A DNA stretch of 64,000 nt from Eledone cirrhosa (lineage: Eukaryota), in assembly GCA_964016885.1 (NCBI GenBank), contig OZ024742.1, forward strand, positions 348,564,001-348,628,000, read 5' to 3'. Shown here in pieces: positions 52,200 to 62,995 of this stretch. The position numbers and the translations under genes were made by a program. The notes under the pieces were generated by a model. The model ran no database searches. It was not told the DNA's origin and saw only the letters and a program-made list of their open reading frames with translations. The number at the start of each line of letters is the position of its first letter. The first letter of the stretch is position 1.

Positions 52200-55100
52200 G
52201 TGTTCTACTGATGTGTGGTTGGACAGTTAAGGTGTTCTACTCAGGTGTAGTTGGACAGTTAAGGTGTTCTACTTAAGTGTGGTTGGTTAGTTAAGGTGTT
52301 CTACTCAGGTGTAGTTGGACATGTAAGGTGTTCTATTCAGGTGTAGTTGGACAGTTAAGGTGTTCTACTCAGGTGTGGTTGAACAGTTAATGTGTTCTAC
52401 TCAGGTGTAGTTGAACAGTTAAGGTGTTCTACTCAGGTGTAGTTGGACAGTTAAGGTGTTCTATTGAGGTGTGGTTGAACAGTTAAGGTGTTCGACTGAT
52501 GTGTGGTTGGACAGTTAAGGTGTACTACTCAGGTGTAGTTGAACAGGTAAGGTGTTCTACTCAGGTGTAGTTGGACAGTTAAGGTGTTCTATTCAGGTGT
52601 GGTTGAACAGTTAAGGTGTTCTACTGATGTGTGGTTGGACAGTTAAGGTGTTCTACTCAGGTGTAGTTGAACAGTTAAGGTGTTCTATTCAGGTGTAGTT
52701 GGACAGTTAAGGTGTTCTACTCAGGTGTGGTTGAACAGTTAAGGTGTTCTACTCAGGTGTAGTCGGACAGTTAAGATGTTCTACTCAGGTGTAGGTGGAC
52801 ATTTAAGGTGTTTTATTCAGGTGTAGTTGGACAGTTAAGGTGTTCTATTCAGGTGTGGTTGAACAGTTAAGGTGTTCTATTCAGGTGTGGTTGGACAGCT
52901 AAAGTAGTCTATTCAGGTGTGGTTGGTTAGTTAATGTGTTCTACTCAGGTGTAGATGAACAGTTAAGGTGTTCTATTCAGGTGTAGTTGGATAGTTAATG
53001 TGTTCTACTCAGGTGTAGTTGGACAGTTAAGGTGTTCTACTGATGTGTGGTTGGTTAGTTAAGGTGTTCTATTCAGGTGTAGTTGGACAGTTAAGGTGTT
53101 CTACTCAGGTGTAGTTGGACAGTTAAGGTGTTCTACTCAGGTGTGGTTGGACAGTTAAAGTGTTCTACTCAGGTGTAGGTGAACAGTTAAAGTGTTCTAT
53201 TCAGGTGTAGTTGGACAGTTAAGGTGTTGTACTCAGGTGGGGTTGAACAGTTAAGGTGTTCTACTCAGGTGTGGTTGAACAGTTAAGGTTTTCTACTGAT
53301 GTGTGGTTGGACAGTTAAGGTGTTCTACTCAGGTGTAGTTGAACAGTTAAGGTGTTCTACTCAGGTGTGGTTGGACAGTTAAGGTGTTCTATTCAGGTGT
53401 GGTTGAACAGTTAAGGTGTTCTACTGATGTGTGGTTGCTTAGTTAAGGTGTTCTACTCAGGTGTAGTTGGACATGTAAGGTGTTCTATTCAGGTGTAGTT
53501 GGACAGTTAAGGTGTTCTACTCAGGTGTGGTTGAACAGTTAATGTGTTCTACTCAGGTGTAGTTGGACAGCTAAGGTGTTCTACTCAGGTGTAGTTGGAC
53601 ATGTAAGGTGTTCTATTCAGGTGTAGTTGGACAGTTAAGGTGTTCTACTCAGGTGTGGTTGAACAGTTAATGTGTTCTACTCAGGTGTAGTTGAACAGTT
53701 AAGGTGTTCTACTCAGGTGTAGTTGGACAGTTAAGGTGTTCTATTCAGGTGTGGTTGAACAGTTAAGGTGTTCTACTGATGTGTGGTTGGACAGTTAAGG
53801 TGTTCTATTCAGGTGTAGTTGAACAGTTAAGGTGTTCTATTCAGGTGTAGTTGGACAGTTAAGGTGTTCTACTCAGGTGTGGTTGAACAGTTAAGGTGTT
53901 CTACTCAGGTGTAGTCGGACAGTTAAGATGTTCTACTCAGGTGTAGGTGGACATTTAAGGTGTTTTATTCAGGTGTAGTTGGACAGTTAAGGTGTTCTAT
54001 TCAGGTGTGGTTGAACAGTTAAGGTGTTCTATTCAGGTGTGGTTGGACAGTTAAAGTGGTCTATTCAGGTGTGGTTGGTTAGTTAATGTGTTCTACTCAG
54101 GTGTAGATGAACAGTTAAGGTGTTCTATTCAGGTGTAGTTGGATAGTTAATGTGTTCTTCTCAGGTGTAGTTGGACAGTTAAGGTGTTCTACTGATGTGT
54201 GGTTGGTTAGTTAAGGTGTTCTATTCAGGTGTAGTTGGACAGTTAAGGTGTTCTACTCAGGTGTAGTTGGACAGTTAAGGTGTTCTACTCAGGTGTGGTT
54301 GGACAGTTAAAGTGTTCTACTCAGGTGTAGGTGAACGGTTAAGGTGTTCTATTCAGGTGTAGTTGGACAGTTAAGGTGTTGTACTCAGGTGGGGTTGAAC
54401 AGTTAAGGTGTTCTACTCAGGTGTAGTTGGACGGTTAAGGTGTTCTATTCAGGTGTGGTTGAACAGTTAAGGTGTTCTACTGATGTGTGGTTGGACAGTT
54501 AAGGTGTCCTACTCAGCTGTAGTTGAACAGTTAAGGTGTTCTATTCAGGTGTGGTTGAACAGTTAAGGTGTTCTACTCAGGTGTAGTTGGACAGTTAAGG
54601 TGTTCTACTCAGGTGTAGTTGGACAGTTAAGGTGTTCTACTTAAGTGTGGTTGGTTAGTTAAGGTGTTCTACTCAGGTGTAGTTGGACATGTAAGGTGTT
54701 CTATTCAGGTGTAGTTGGACAGTTAAGGTGTTCTACTCAGGTGTGGTTGAACAGTTAATGTGTTCTACTCAGGTGTAGTTGAACAGTTAAGGTGTTCTAC
54801 TCAGGTGTAGTTGGACAGTTAAGGTGTTCTATTGAGGTGTGGTTGAACAGTTAAGGTGTTCGACTGATGTGTGGTTGGACAGTTAAGGTGTACTACTCAG
54901 GTGTAGTTGAACAGGTAAGGTGTTCTACTCAGGTGTAGTTGGACAGTTAAGGTGTTCTATTCAGGTGTGGTTGAACAGTTAAGGTGTTCTACTGATGTGT
55001 GGTTGGACAGTTAAGGTGTTCTACTCAGGTGTAGTTGAACAGTTAAGGTGTTCTATTCAGGTGTAGTTGGACAGTTAAGGTGTTCTACTCAGGTGTGGTT

Positions 55101-57050
55101 GAACAGTTAAGGTGTTCTACTCAGGTGTAGTCGGACAGTTAAGATGTTCTACTCAGGTGTAGGTGGACATTTAAGGTGTTTTATTCAGGTGTAGTTGGAC
55201 AGTTAAGGTGTTCTATTCAGGTGTGGTTGAACAGTTAAGGTGTTCTATTCAGGTGTGGTTGGACAGTTAAAGTGGTCTATTCAGGTGTGGTTGGTTAGTT
55301 AATATGTTCTACTCAGGTGTAGATGAACAGTTAAGGTGTTCTATTCAGGTGTAGTTGGATAGTTAATGTGTTCTACTCAGGTGTAGTTGGACAGTTAAGG
55401 TGTTCTACTGATGTGTGGTTGGTTAGTTGAGGTGTTCTATTCAGGTGTAGTTGGACAGTTAAGGTGTTCTACTCAGGTGTAGTTGGACAGTTAAGGTGTT
55501 CTACTCAGGTGTGGTTGGACAGTTAAAGTGTTCTACTCAGGTGTAGGTGAACAGTTAAGGTGTTCTATTCAGGTGTAGTTGGACAGTTAAGGTGTTGTAC
55601 TCAGGTGGGGTTGAACAGTTAAGGTGTTCTACTCAGGTGTGGTTGAACAGTTAAGGTTTTCTACTGATGTGTGGTTGGACAGTTAAGGTGTTCTACTCAG
55701 GTGTAGTTGAACAGTTAAGGTGTTCTACTCAGGTGTGGTTGGACAGTTAAGGTGTTCTATTCAGGTGTGGTTGAACAGTTAAGGTGTTCTACTGATGTGT
55801 GGTTGGACAGTTAAGGTGTCCTACTCAGGTGTAGTTGAACAGTTAAGGTGTTCTATTCAGGTGTGGTTGAACAGTTAAGGTGTTCTACTCAGGTGTGGTT
55901 GGACAGTTAAGGTGTTCTACTCAGGTGTAGTTGGACAGTTAAGGTGTTCTACTGATGTGTGGTTGCTTAGTTAAGGTGTTCTACTCAGGTGTAGTTGGAC
56001 ATGTAAGGTGTTCTATTCAGGTGTAGTTGGACAGTTAAGGTGTTCTACTCAGGTGTGGTTGAACAGTTAATGTGTTCTACTCAGGTGTAGTTGGACAGCT
56101 AAGGTGTTCTACTCAGGTGTAGTTGGACATGTAAGGTGTTCTATTCAGGTGTAGTTGGACAGTTAAGGTGTTCTACTCAGGTGTGGTTGAACAGTTAATG
56201 TGTTCTACTCAGGTGTAGTTGAACAGTTAAGGTGTTCTACTCAGGTGTAGTTGGACAGTTAAGGTGTTCTATTCAGGTGTGGTTGAACAGTTAAGGTGTT
56301 CTACTGATGTGTGGTTGGACAGTTAAGGTGTTCTATTCAGGTGTAGTTGAACAGTTAAGGTGTTCTATTCAGGTGTAGTTGGACAGTTAAGGTGTTCTAC
56401 TCAGGTGTGGTTGAACAGTTAAGGTGTTCTACTCAGGTGTAGTCGGACAGTTAAGATGTTCTACTCAGGTGTAGGTGGACATTTAAGGTGTTTTATTCAG
56501 GTGTAGTTGGACAGTTAAGGTGTTCTATTCAGGTGTGGTTGAACAGTTAAGGTGTTCTATTCAGGTGTGGTTGGACAGTTAAAGTGGTCTATTCAGGTGT
56601 GGTTGGTTAGTTAATGTGTTCTACTCAGGTGTAGATGAACAGTTAAGGTGTTCTATTCAGGTGTAGTTGGATAGTTAATGTGTTCTACTCAGGTGTAGTT
56701 GGACAGTTAAGGTGTTCTACTGATGTGTGGTTGGTTAGTTAAGGTGTTCTATTCAGGTGTAGTTGGACAGTTAAGGTGTTCTACTCAGGTGTAGTTGGAC
56801 AGTTAAGGTGTTCTACTCAGGTGTGGTTGGACAGTTAAAGTGTTCTACTCAAGTGTAGGTGAACGGTTAAGGTGTTCTATTCAGGTGTAGTTGGACAGTT
56901 AAGGTGTTGTACTCAGGTGGGGTTGAACAGTTAAGGTGTTCTACTCAGGTGTAGTTGAACAGTTAAGGTGTTCTACTCAGGTGTGGTTGGACAGTTAAGG
57001 TGTTCTATTCAGGTGTGGTTGAACAGTTAAGGTGTTCTACTGATGTGTGG
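52200..57050 (+). repeat. Four-copy ~1.2-kb higher-order repeat organised as a dimer of dimers
   Basis: agtcggac...gtaggtggacatttaaggtgttttattc at 52761, 53913, 55129, 56441 (spacings 36, 38, 41 units). Copies 1 and 3 share ttcgactg/gtactac/gaacaggtaa (52491/54859). Copies 2 and 4 share gaacggttaa (54333/56861). Confidence 0.85.
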
Positions 57051-60000
57051 TTGCTTAGTTAAGGTGATCTACTCAGGTGTAGTTGGACATTTAAGGTGTT
57101 CTACTGATGTGTGGTTGGACAGTTAAGGTGTTCTACTCAGGTGTGGTTGAACAGTTAAGGTGTTCTACTCAGGTGTGGTTGGACAGTTAAGGTGTTCTAC
57201 TCAGGTGTAGTTGGACAGTTAAGGTGTTCTACTGATGTGTGGTTGCTTAGTTAAGGTGTTCTACTCAGGTGTAGTTGGACATTTAAGGTGTTCTATTCAG
57301 GTGTAGTTGGACAGTTAAGGTGTTCTACTCAGGTGTGGTTGAACAGTTAAGGTGTTCTACTCAGGTGTAGTTGAACAGTTAAGGTGTTCTACTAAGGTGT
57401 GGTTGGTTATTTAAGGTGTTCTACTCAGGTGTGGTTGAACAGTTAAGGTGTTCTACTCAGGTGTAGTTGGAGAGTTAAGGTGTTCTATTCAGGTGTGGTT
57501 GAACAGTTAATGTGTTCTACTGATGTGTGGTTGGACAGTTAAGGTGTTCTACTTAGGTGTAGTTGAACAGTTAAGGTGTTCTATTCAGGTGTAGTTGGAC
57601 AGTTAAGGTGTTCTATTCAGGTGTGGTTGAACAGTTAAAGTGTTCTACTCAGGTGTAGTTGGACAGTTATGGTGTTCTATTGAGGTGTGGTTGAACAGTT
57701 AAGGTGTTCTACTGATGTGTGGTTGGACAGTTAAGGTGTTCTATTCAGGTGTAGTTGGACAGTTAAGATGTTCTATTCAGGTGTGGTTGAACAGTTAAGG
57801 TGTTCTACTGATGTGTGGTTGGACAGTTAAGGTGTTCTACTGATATGTGGTTGGTTACTTAAGGTGTGCTACTCAGGTGAAGTCGGACATTTAAGGTGTT
57901 CTATTCAGGTGTAGTTGGACAGTTAAGGTGTTCTATTCAGGTGTGGTTGAACAGTTAAGGTGTTCTATTCAGGTGTGGTTGGACAGTTAAAGTGGTCTAC
58001 TCAGGTGTGGTTGGTTAGTTAAGGTGTTCTACTCAGGTGTAGTTGAACAGTTAAGGTGTTCTATTCAGGTGTATTTGGATAGTTAAGGTGTTCTACTCAG
58101 GTGTAGTTGGACAGTTAAGGTGTTCTACTGATGTGTGGTTGGTTAGTTAAGGTGTTCTACTCAGGTGTAGTTGAACAGTTAAGGTGTTCTACTCAGCTGT
58201 CGTTGGACAGTTAAGGTGTTCTACTGATGTGTGGTTGGTTATTTAAGCTGGTCTACTCATGTGTAGATGGACAGTTAAGGTGTTCTACTCAGGTGTAGAT
58301 GGACAGTTAAGGTGTTCTACTCAGGTGTGGTTGGACAGTTAAGGTGTTGTACTCAGGTGTGGTTGGACAGTTAAGGTGTTCTACTCAGGTGTGGTTGGAC
58401 AGTTAAGGTGTTCTACTCAGGTGTAGTTGGACAGTTAAGGTGTTCTACTCAGGTGTGGTTGGACAGTTAAGGTGTTCTACTGATGTATGGTTGGAGAGTT
58501 AAGGTGTTCTACTCAGGTGTGGTTGGACAGTTAAGGTGTTCTACTCAAGAGTAGGTGAACAGTTAAGGTGTTCTATTCAGGTGTAGTTGGACAGTTAAGG
58601 TGTTCTACTCAGGTGTAGTTGGACAGTTAAGGTGTTCTACTCAGGTGTGGTTGGACAGTTAAGGTGTTCTACTGATGTATGGTTGGAGAGTTAAGGTTTT
58701 CTACTCAGGTGTGGTTGGACAGTTAAGGTGTTCTACTCAAGTGTAGGTGAACAGTTAAGGTGTTCTATTCAGGTGTAGTTGGAGAGTTAAGGTGTTGTAC
58801 TCAGGTGGGGCTGAACAGTTAAGGTGTTCTACTCAGGTGTAGTTGGACAGTTAAGGTGTTCTATTCAGGTATGGTTGAACAGTTAAGGTGTTCTACTGAT
58901 GTGTGTTTGGACAGTTAAGGTGTTCTACTCAGGTGTGATTGGAGAGTTAAGGTATTCTACTGATGTGTGGTTGGTTAGTTAATGTGTTCTACTCAGGTGT
59001 AGTTGGACATTTAAGGTGTTCTATTCGGGTGTAGTTGGACAGTTAAGGTGTTCTACTGATGTGTGGTTGAACAGTTAAGGTGTTCTAATCAGGTGTGGTT
59101 GGACAGTTAAGGTGTTCTACTCATGTGTAGTTGAACAGTTAAGTTGTTCTATTCAGGTGTGGTTGGTTTGTTAAGGTGTTCTATTCAGGTGTGGTTGGTT
59201 AGTTAATGTGGTCTACTCAGGTGTAGATGGACAGTTAAGGTGTTCTACTCAGGTGTGGTTGGTTACTTAAGGTGGTCTACTCAGGTGTGGTTGGACAGTT
59301 AAGGTGTTCTACTCAGGTGCAGTTGGACAGTTAAGGTGTTCTACTGATGTGTGGTTGGTTAGTTAAGGTGTTCTACTCAGGTGTAGTTGGACATTTAAGC
59401 TGTTCTATTCAGGTGTAGTTGGACAGTTAAGGTGTTCTACTGATGTGTGGTTGAACAGTTAAGGTGTTCTACTCAGGTGTAGTTGAACAGTTAAGGTGTT
59501 CTACTGATGTGTGGTTGGTTAGTTAAGGTGTTCTACTTATGTGTAGTTGAACAGTTAAGGTGTTCTATTCAGGTGTACTTGAACAGTTAAGGAGGTCTAT
59601 TCAGGTGTGGTTGGTTAGTTAAGGTGGTCTACTCAGGTGTAGATGGACAGTTAAGGTGTTCTACTCAGGTGTGGTTGGTTAGTTAAGGTGGTTTACTCAG
59701 GTGTATATGGACAGTTAAGGTGTTCTTCTCAGGTGTGGTTGGTTAGTTAAGGTGGTCTACTCAGGTGTAGATGGACAGTTAAGGTGTTCTACTCAGGTGT
59801 GGTTGGACAGTTAAGGTGTTCTACTCAGGTGTGGTTGGACAGTTAAGGTGTTCTACTCAGGTGTAGTTGGACAGTTAATGTGTTCTACTCAGGTGTGGTT
59901 GGACAGTTAAGGTGTTCTACTGATGTATGTTTGGAGAGTTAAGGTGTTCTACTCAGGTGTGGTTGGACAGTTAAGGTGTTCTACTCAGGTGTGGTTGGTT

Positions 60001-62995
60001 AGTTAAGGTGGTTTACTCAGGTGTATATGGACAGTTAAGGTGTTCTTCTCAGGTGTGGTTGCTTAGTTAAGGTGATCTACTCAGGTGTAGATGGACAGTT
60101 AAGGTGTTCTACTGATGTGTGGTTGGACAGTTAAGGTGTTCTACTCAGGTGTGGTTGAACAGTTAAGGTGTTCTACTCAGGTGTGGTTGGACAGTTAAGG
60201 TGTTCTACTCAGGTGTAGTTGGACAGTTAAGGTGTTCTACTGATGTGTGGTTGCTTAGTTAAGGTGTTCTACTCAGGTGTAGTTGGACATTTAAGGTGTT
60301 CTATTCAGGTGTAGTTGGACAGTTAAGGTGTTCTACTCAGGTGTGGTTGAACAGTTAAGGTGTTCTACTCAGGTGTAGTTGAACAGTTAAGGTGTTCTAC
60401 TAAGGTGTGGTTGGTTATTTAAGGTGTTCTACTCAGGTGTGGTTGAACAGTTAAGGTGTTCTACTCAGGTGTAGTTGGAGAGTTAAGGTGTTCTATTCAG
60501 GTGTGGTTGAACAGTTAATGTGTTCTACTGATGTGTGGTTGGACAGTTAAGGTGTTCTACTTAGGTGTAGTTGAACAGTTAAGGTGTTCTATTCAGGTGT
60601 AGTTGGACAGTTAAGGTGTTCTATTCAGGTGTGGTTGAACAGTTAAAGTGTTCTACTCAGGTGTAGTTGGACAGTTATGGTGTTCTATTGAGGTGTGGTT
60701 GAACAGTTAAGGTGTTCTACTGATGTGTGGTTGGACAGTTAAGGTGTTCTATTCAGGTGTAGTTGGACAGTTAAGATGTTCTATTCAGGTGTGGTTGAAC
60801 AGTTAAGGTGTTCTACTGATGTGTGGTTGGACAGTTAAGGTGTTCTACTGATATGTGGTTGGTTACTTAAGGTGTGCTACTCAGGTGAAGTCGGACATTT
60901 AAGGTGTTCTATTCAGGTGTAGTTGGACAGTTAAGGTGTTCTATTCAGGTGTGGTTGAACAGTTAAGGTGTTCTATTCAGGTGTGGTTGGACAGTTAAAG
61001 TGGTCTACTCAGGTGTGGTTGGTTAGTTAAGGTGTTCTACTCAGGTGTAGTTGAACAGTTAAGGTGTTCTATTCAGGTGTATTTGGATAGTTAAGGTGTT
61101 CTACTCAGGTGTAGTTGGACAGTTAAGGTGTTCTACTGATGTGTGGTTGGTTAGTTAAGGTGTTCTACTCAGGTGTAGTTGAACAGTTAAGGTGTTCTAC
61201 TCAGCTGTCGTTGGACAGTTAAGGTGTTCTACTGATGTGTGGTTGGTTATTTAAGGTGGTCTACTCATGTGTAGATGGACAGTTAAGGTGTTCTACTCAG
61301 GTGTAGATGGACAGTTAAGGTGTTCTACTCAGGTGTGGTTGGACAGTTAAGGTGTTGTACTCAGGTGTGGTTGGACAGTTAAGGTGTTCTACTCAGGTGT
61401 GGTTGGACAGTTAAGGTGTTCTACTCAGGTGTAGTTGGACAGTTAAGGTGTTCTACTCAGGTGTGGTTGGACAGTTAAGGTGTTCTACTGATGTATGGTT
61501 GGAGAGTTAAGGTGTTCTACTCAGGTGTGGTTGGACAGTTAAGGTGTTCTACTCAAGAGTAGGTGAACAGTTAAGGTGTTCTATTCAGGTGTAGTTGGAC
61601 AGTTAAGGTGTTCTACTCAGGTGTAGTTGGACAGTTAAGGTGTTCTACTCAGGTGTGGTTGGACAGTTAAGGTGTTCTACTGATGTATGGTTGGAGAGTT
61701 AAGGTTTTCTACTCAGGTGTGGTTGGACAGTTAAGGTGTTCTACTCAAGTGTAGGTGAACAGTTAAGGTGTTCTATTCAGGTGTAGTTGGAGAGTTAAGG
61801 TGTTGTACTCAGGTGGGGCTGAACAGTTAAGGTGTTCTACTCAGGTGTAGTTGGACAGTTAAGGTGTTCTATTCAGGTATGGTTGAACAGTTAAGGTGTT
61901 CTACTGATGTGTGTTTGGACAGTTAAGGTGTTCTACTCAGGTGTGATTGGAGAGTTAAGGTATTCTACTGATGTGTGGTTGGTTAGTTAATGTGTTCTAC
62001 TCAGGTGTAGTTGGACATTTAAGGTGTTCTATTCGGGTGTAGTTGGACAGTTAAGGTGTTCTACTGATGTGTGGTTGAACAGTTAAGGTGTTCTAATCAG
62101 GTGTGGTTGGACAGTTAAGGTGTTCTACTCATGTGTAGTTGAACAGTTAAGTTGTTCTATTCAGGTGTGGTTGGTTTGTTAAGGTGTTCTATTCAGGTGT
62201 GGTTGGTTAGTTAATGTGGTCTACTCAGGTGTAGATGGACAGTTAAGGTGTTCTACTCAGGTGTGGTTGGTTACTTAAGGTGGTCTACTCAGGTGTGGTT
62301 GGACAGTTAAGGTGTTCTACTCAGGTGCAGTTGGACAGTTAAGGTGTTCTACTGATGTGTGGTTGGTTAGTTAAGGTGTTCTACTCAGGTGTAGTTGGAC
62401 ATTTAAGCTGTTCTATTCAGGTGTAGTTGGACAGTTAAGGTGTTCTACTGATGTGTGGTTGAACAGTTAAGGTGTTCTACTCAGGTGTAGTTGAACAGTT
62501 AAGGTGTTCTACTGATGTGTGGTTGGTTAGTTAAGGTGTTCTACTTATGTGTAGTTGAACAGTTAAGGTGTTCTATTCAGGTGTACTTGAACAGTTAAGG
62601 AGGTCTATTCAGGTGTGGTTGGTTAGTTAAGGTGGTCTACTCAGGTGTAGATGGACAGTTAAGGTGTTCTACTCAGGTGTGGTTGGTTAGTTAAGGTGGT
62701 TTACTCAGGTGTATATGGACAGTTAAGGTGTTCTTCTCAGGTGTGGTTGGTTAGTTAAGGTGGTCTACTCAGGTGTAGATGGACAGTTAAGGTGTTCTAC
62801 TCAGGTGTGGTTGGACAGTTAAGGTGTTCTACTCAGGTGTGGTTGGACAGTTAAGGTGTTCTACTCAGGTGTAGTTGGACAGTTAATGTGTTCTACTCAG
62901 GTGTGGTTGGACAGTTAAGGTGTTCTACTGATGTATGTTTGGAGAGTTAAGGTGTTCTACTCAGGTGTGGTTGGACAGTTAAGGTGTTCTACTCA
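57045..62995 (+). repeat. Near-perfect tandem duplication with a 94-monomer period (3008 bp)
   Basis: gcttagttaaggtgatct 57053/60061, actcaagagt 58543/61551 and ggaggtctat 59591/62599, all at offset 3008. One internal difference noticed (aagctggtct ~58245 vs aaggtggtct ~61253), plus differences near the junction. Confidence 0.92.
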
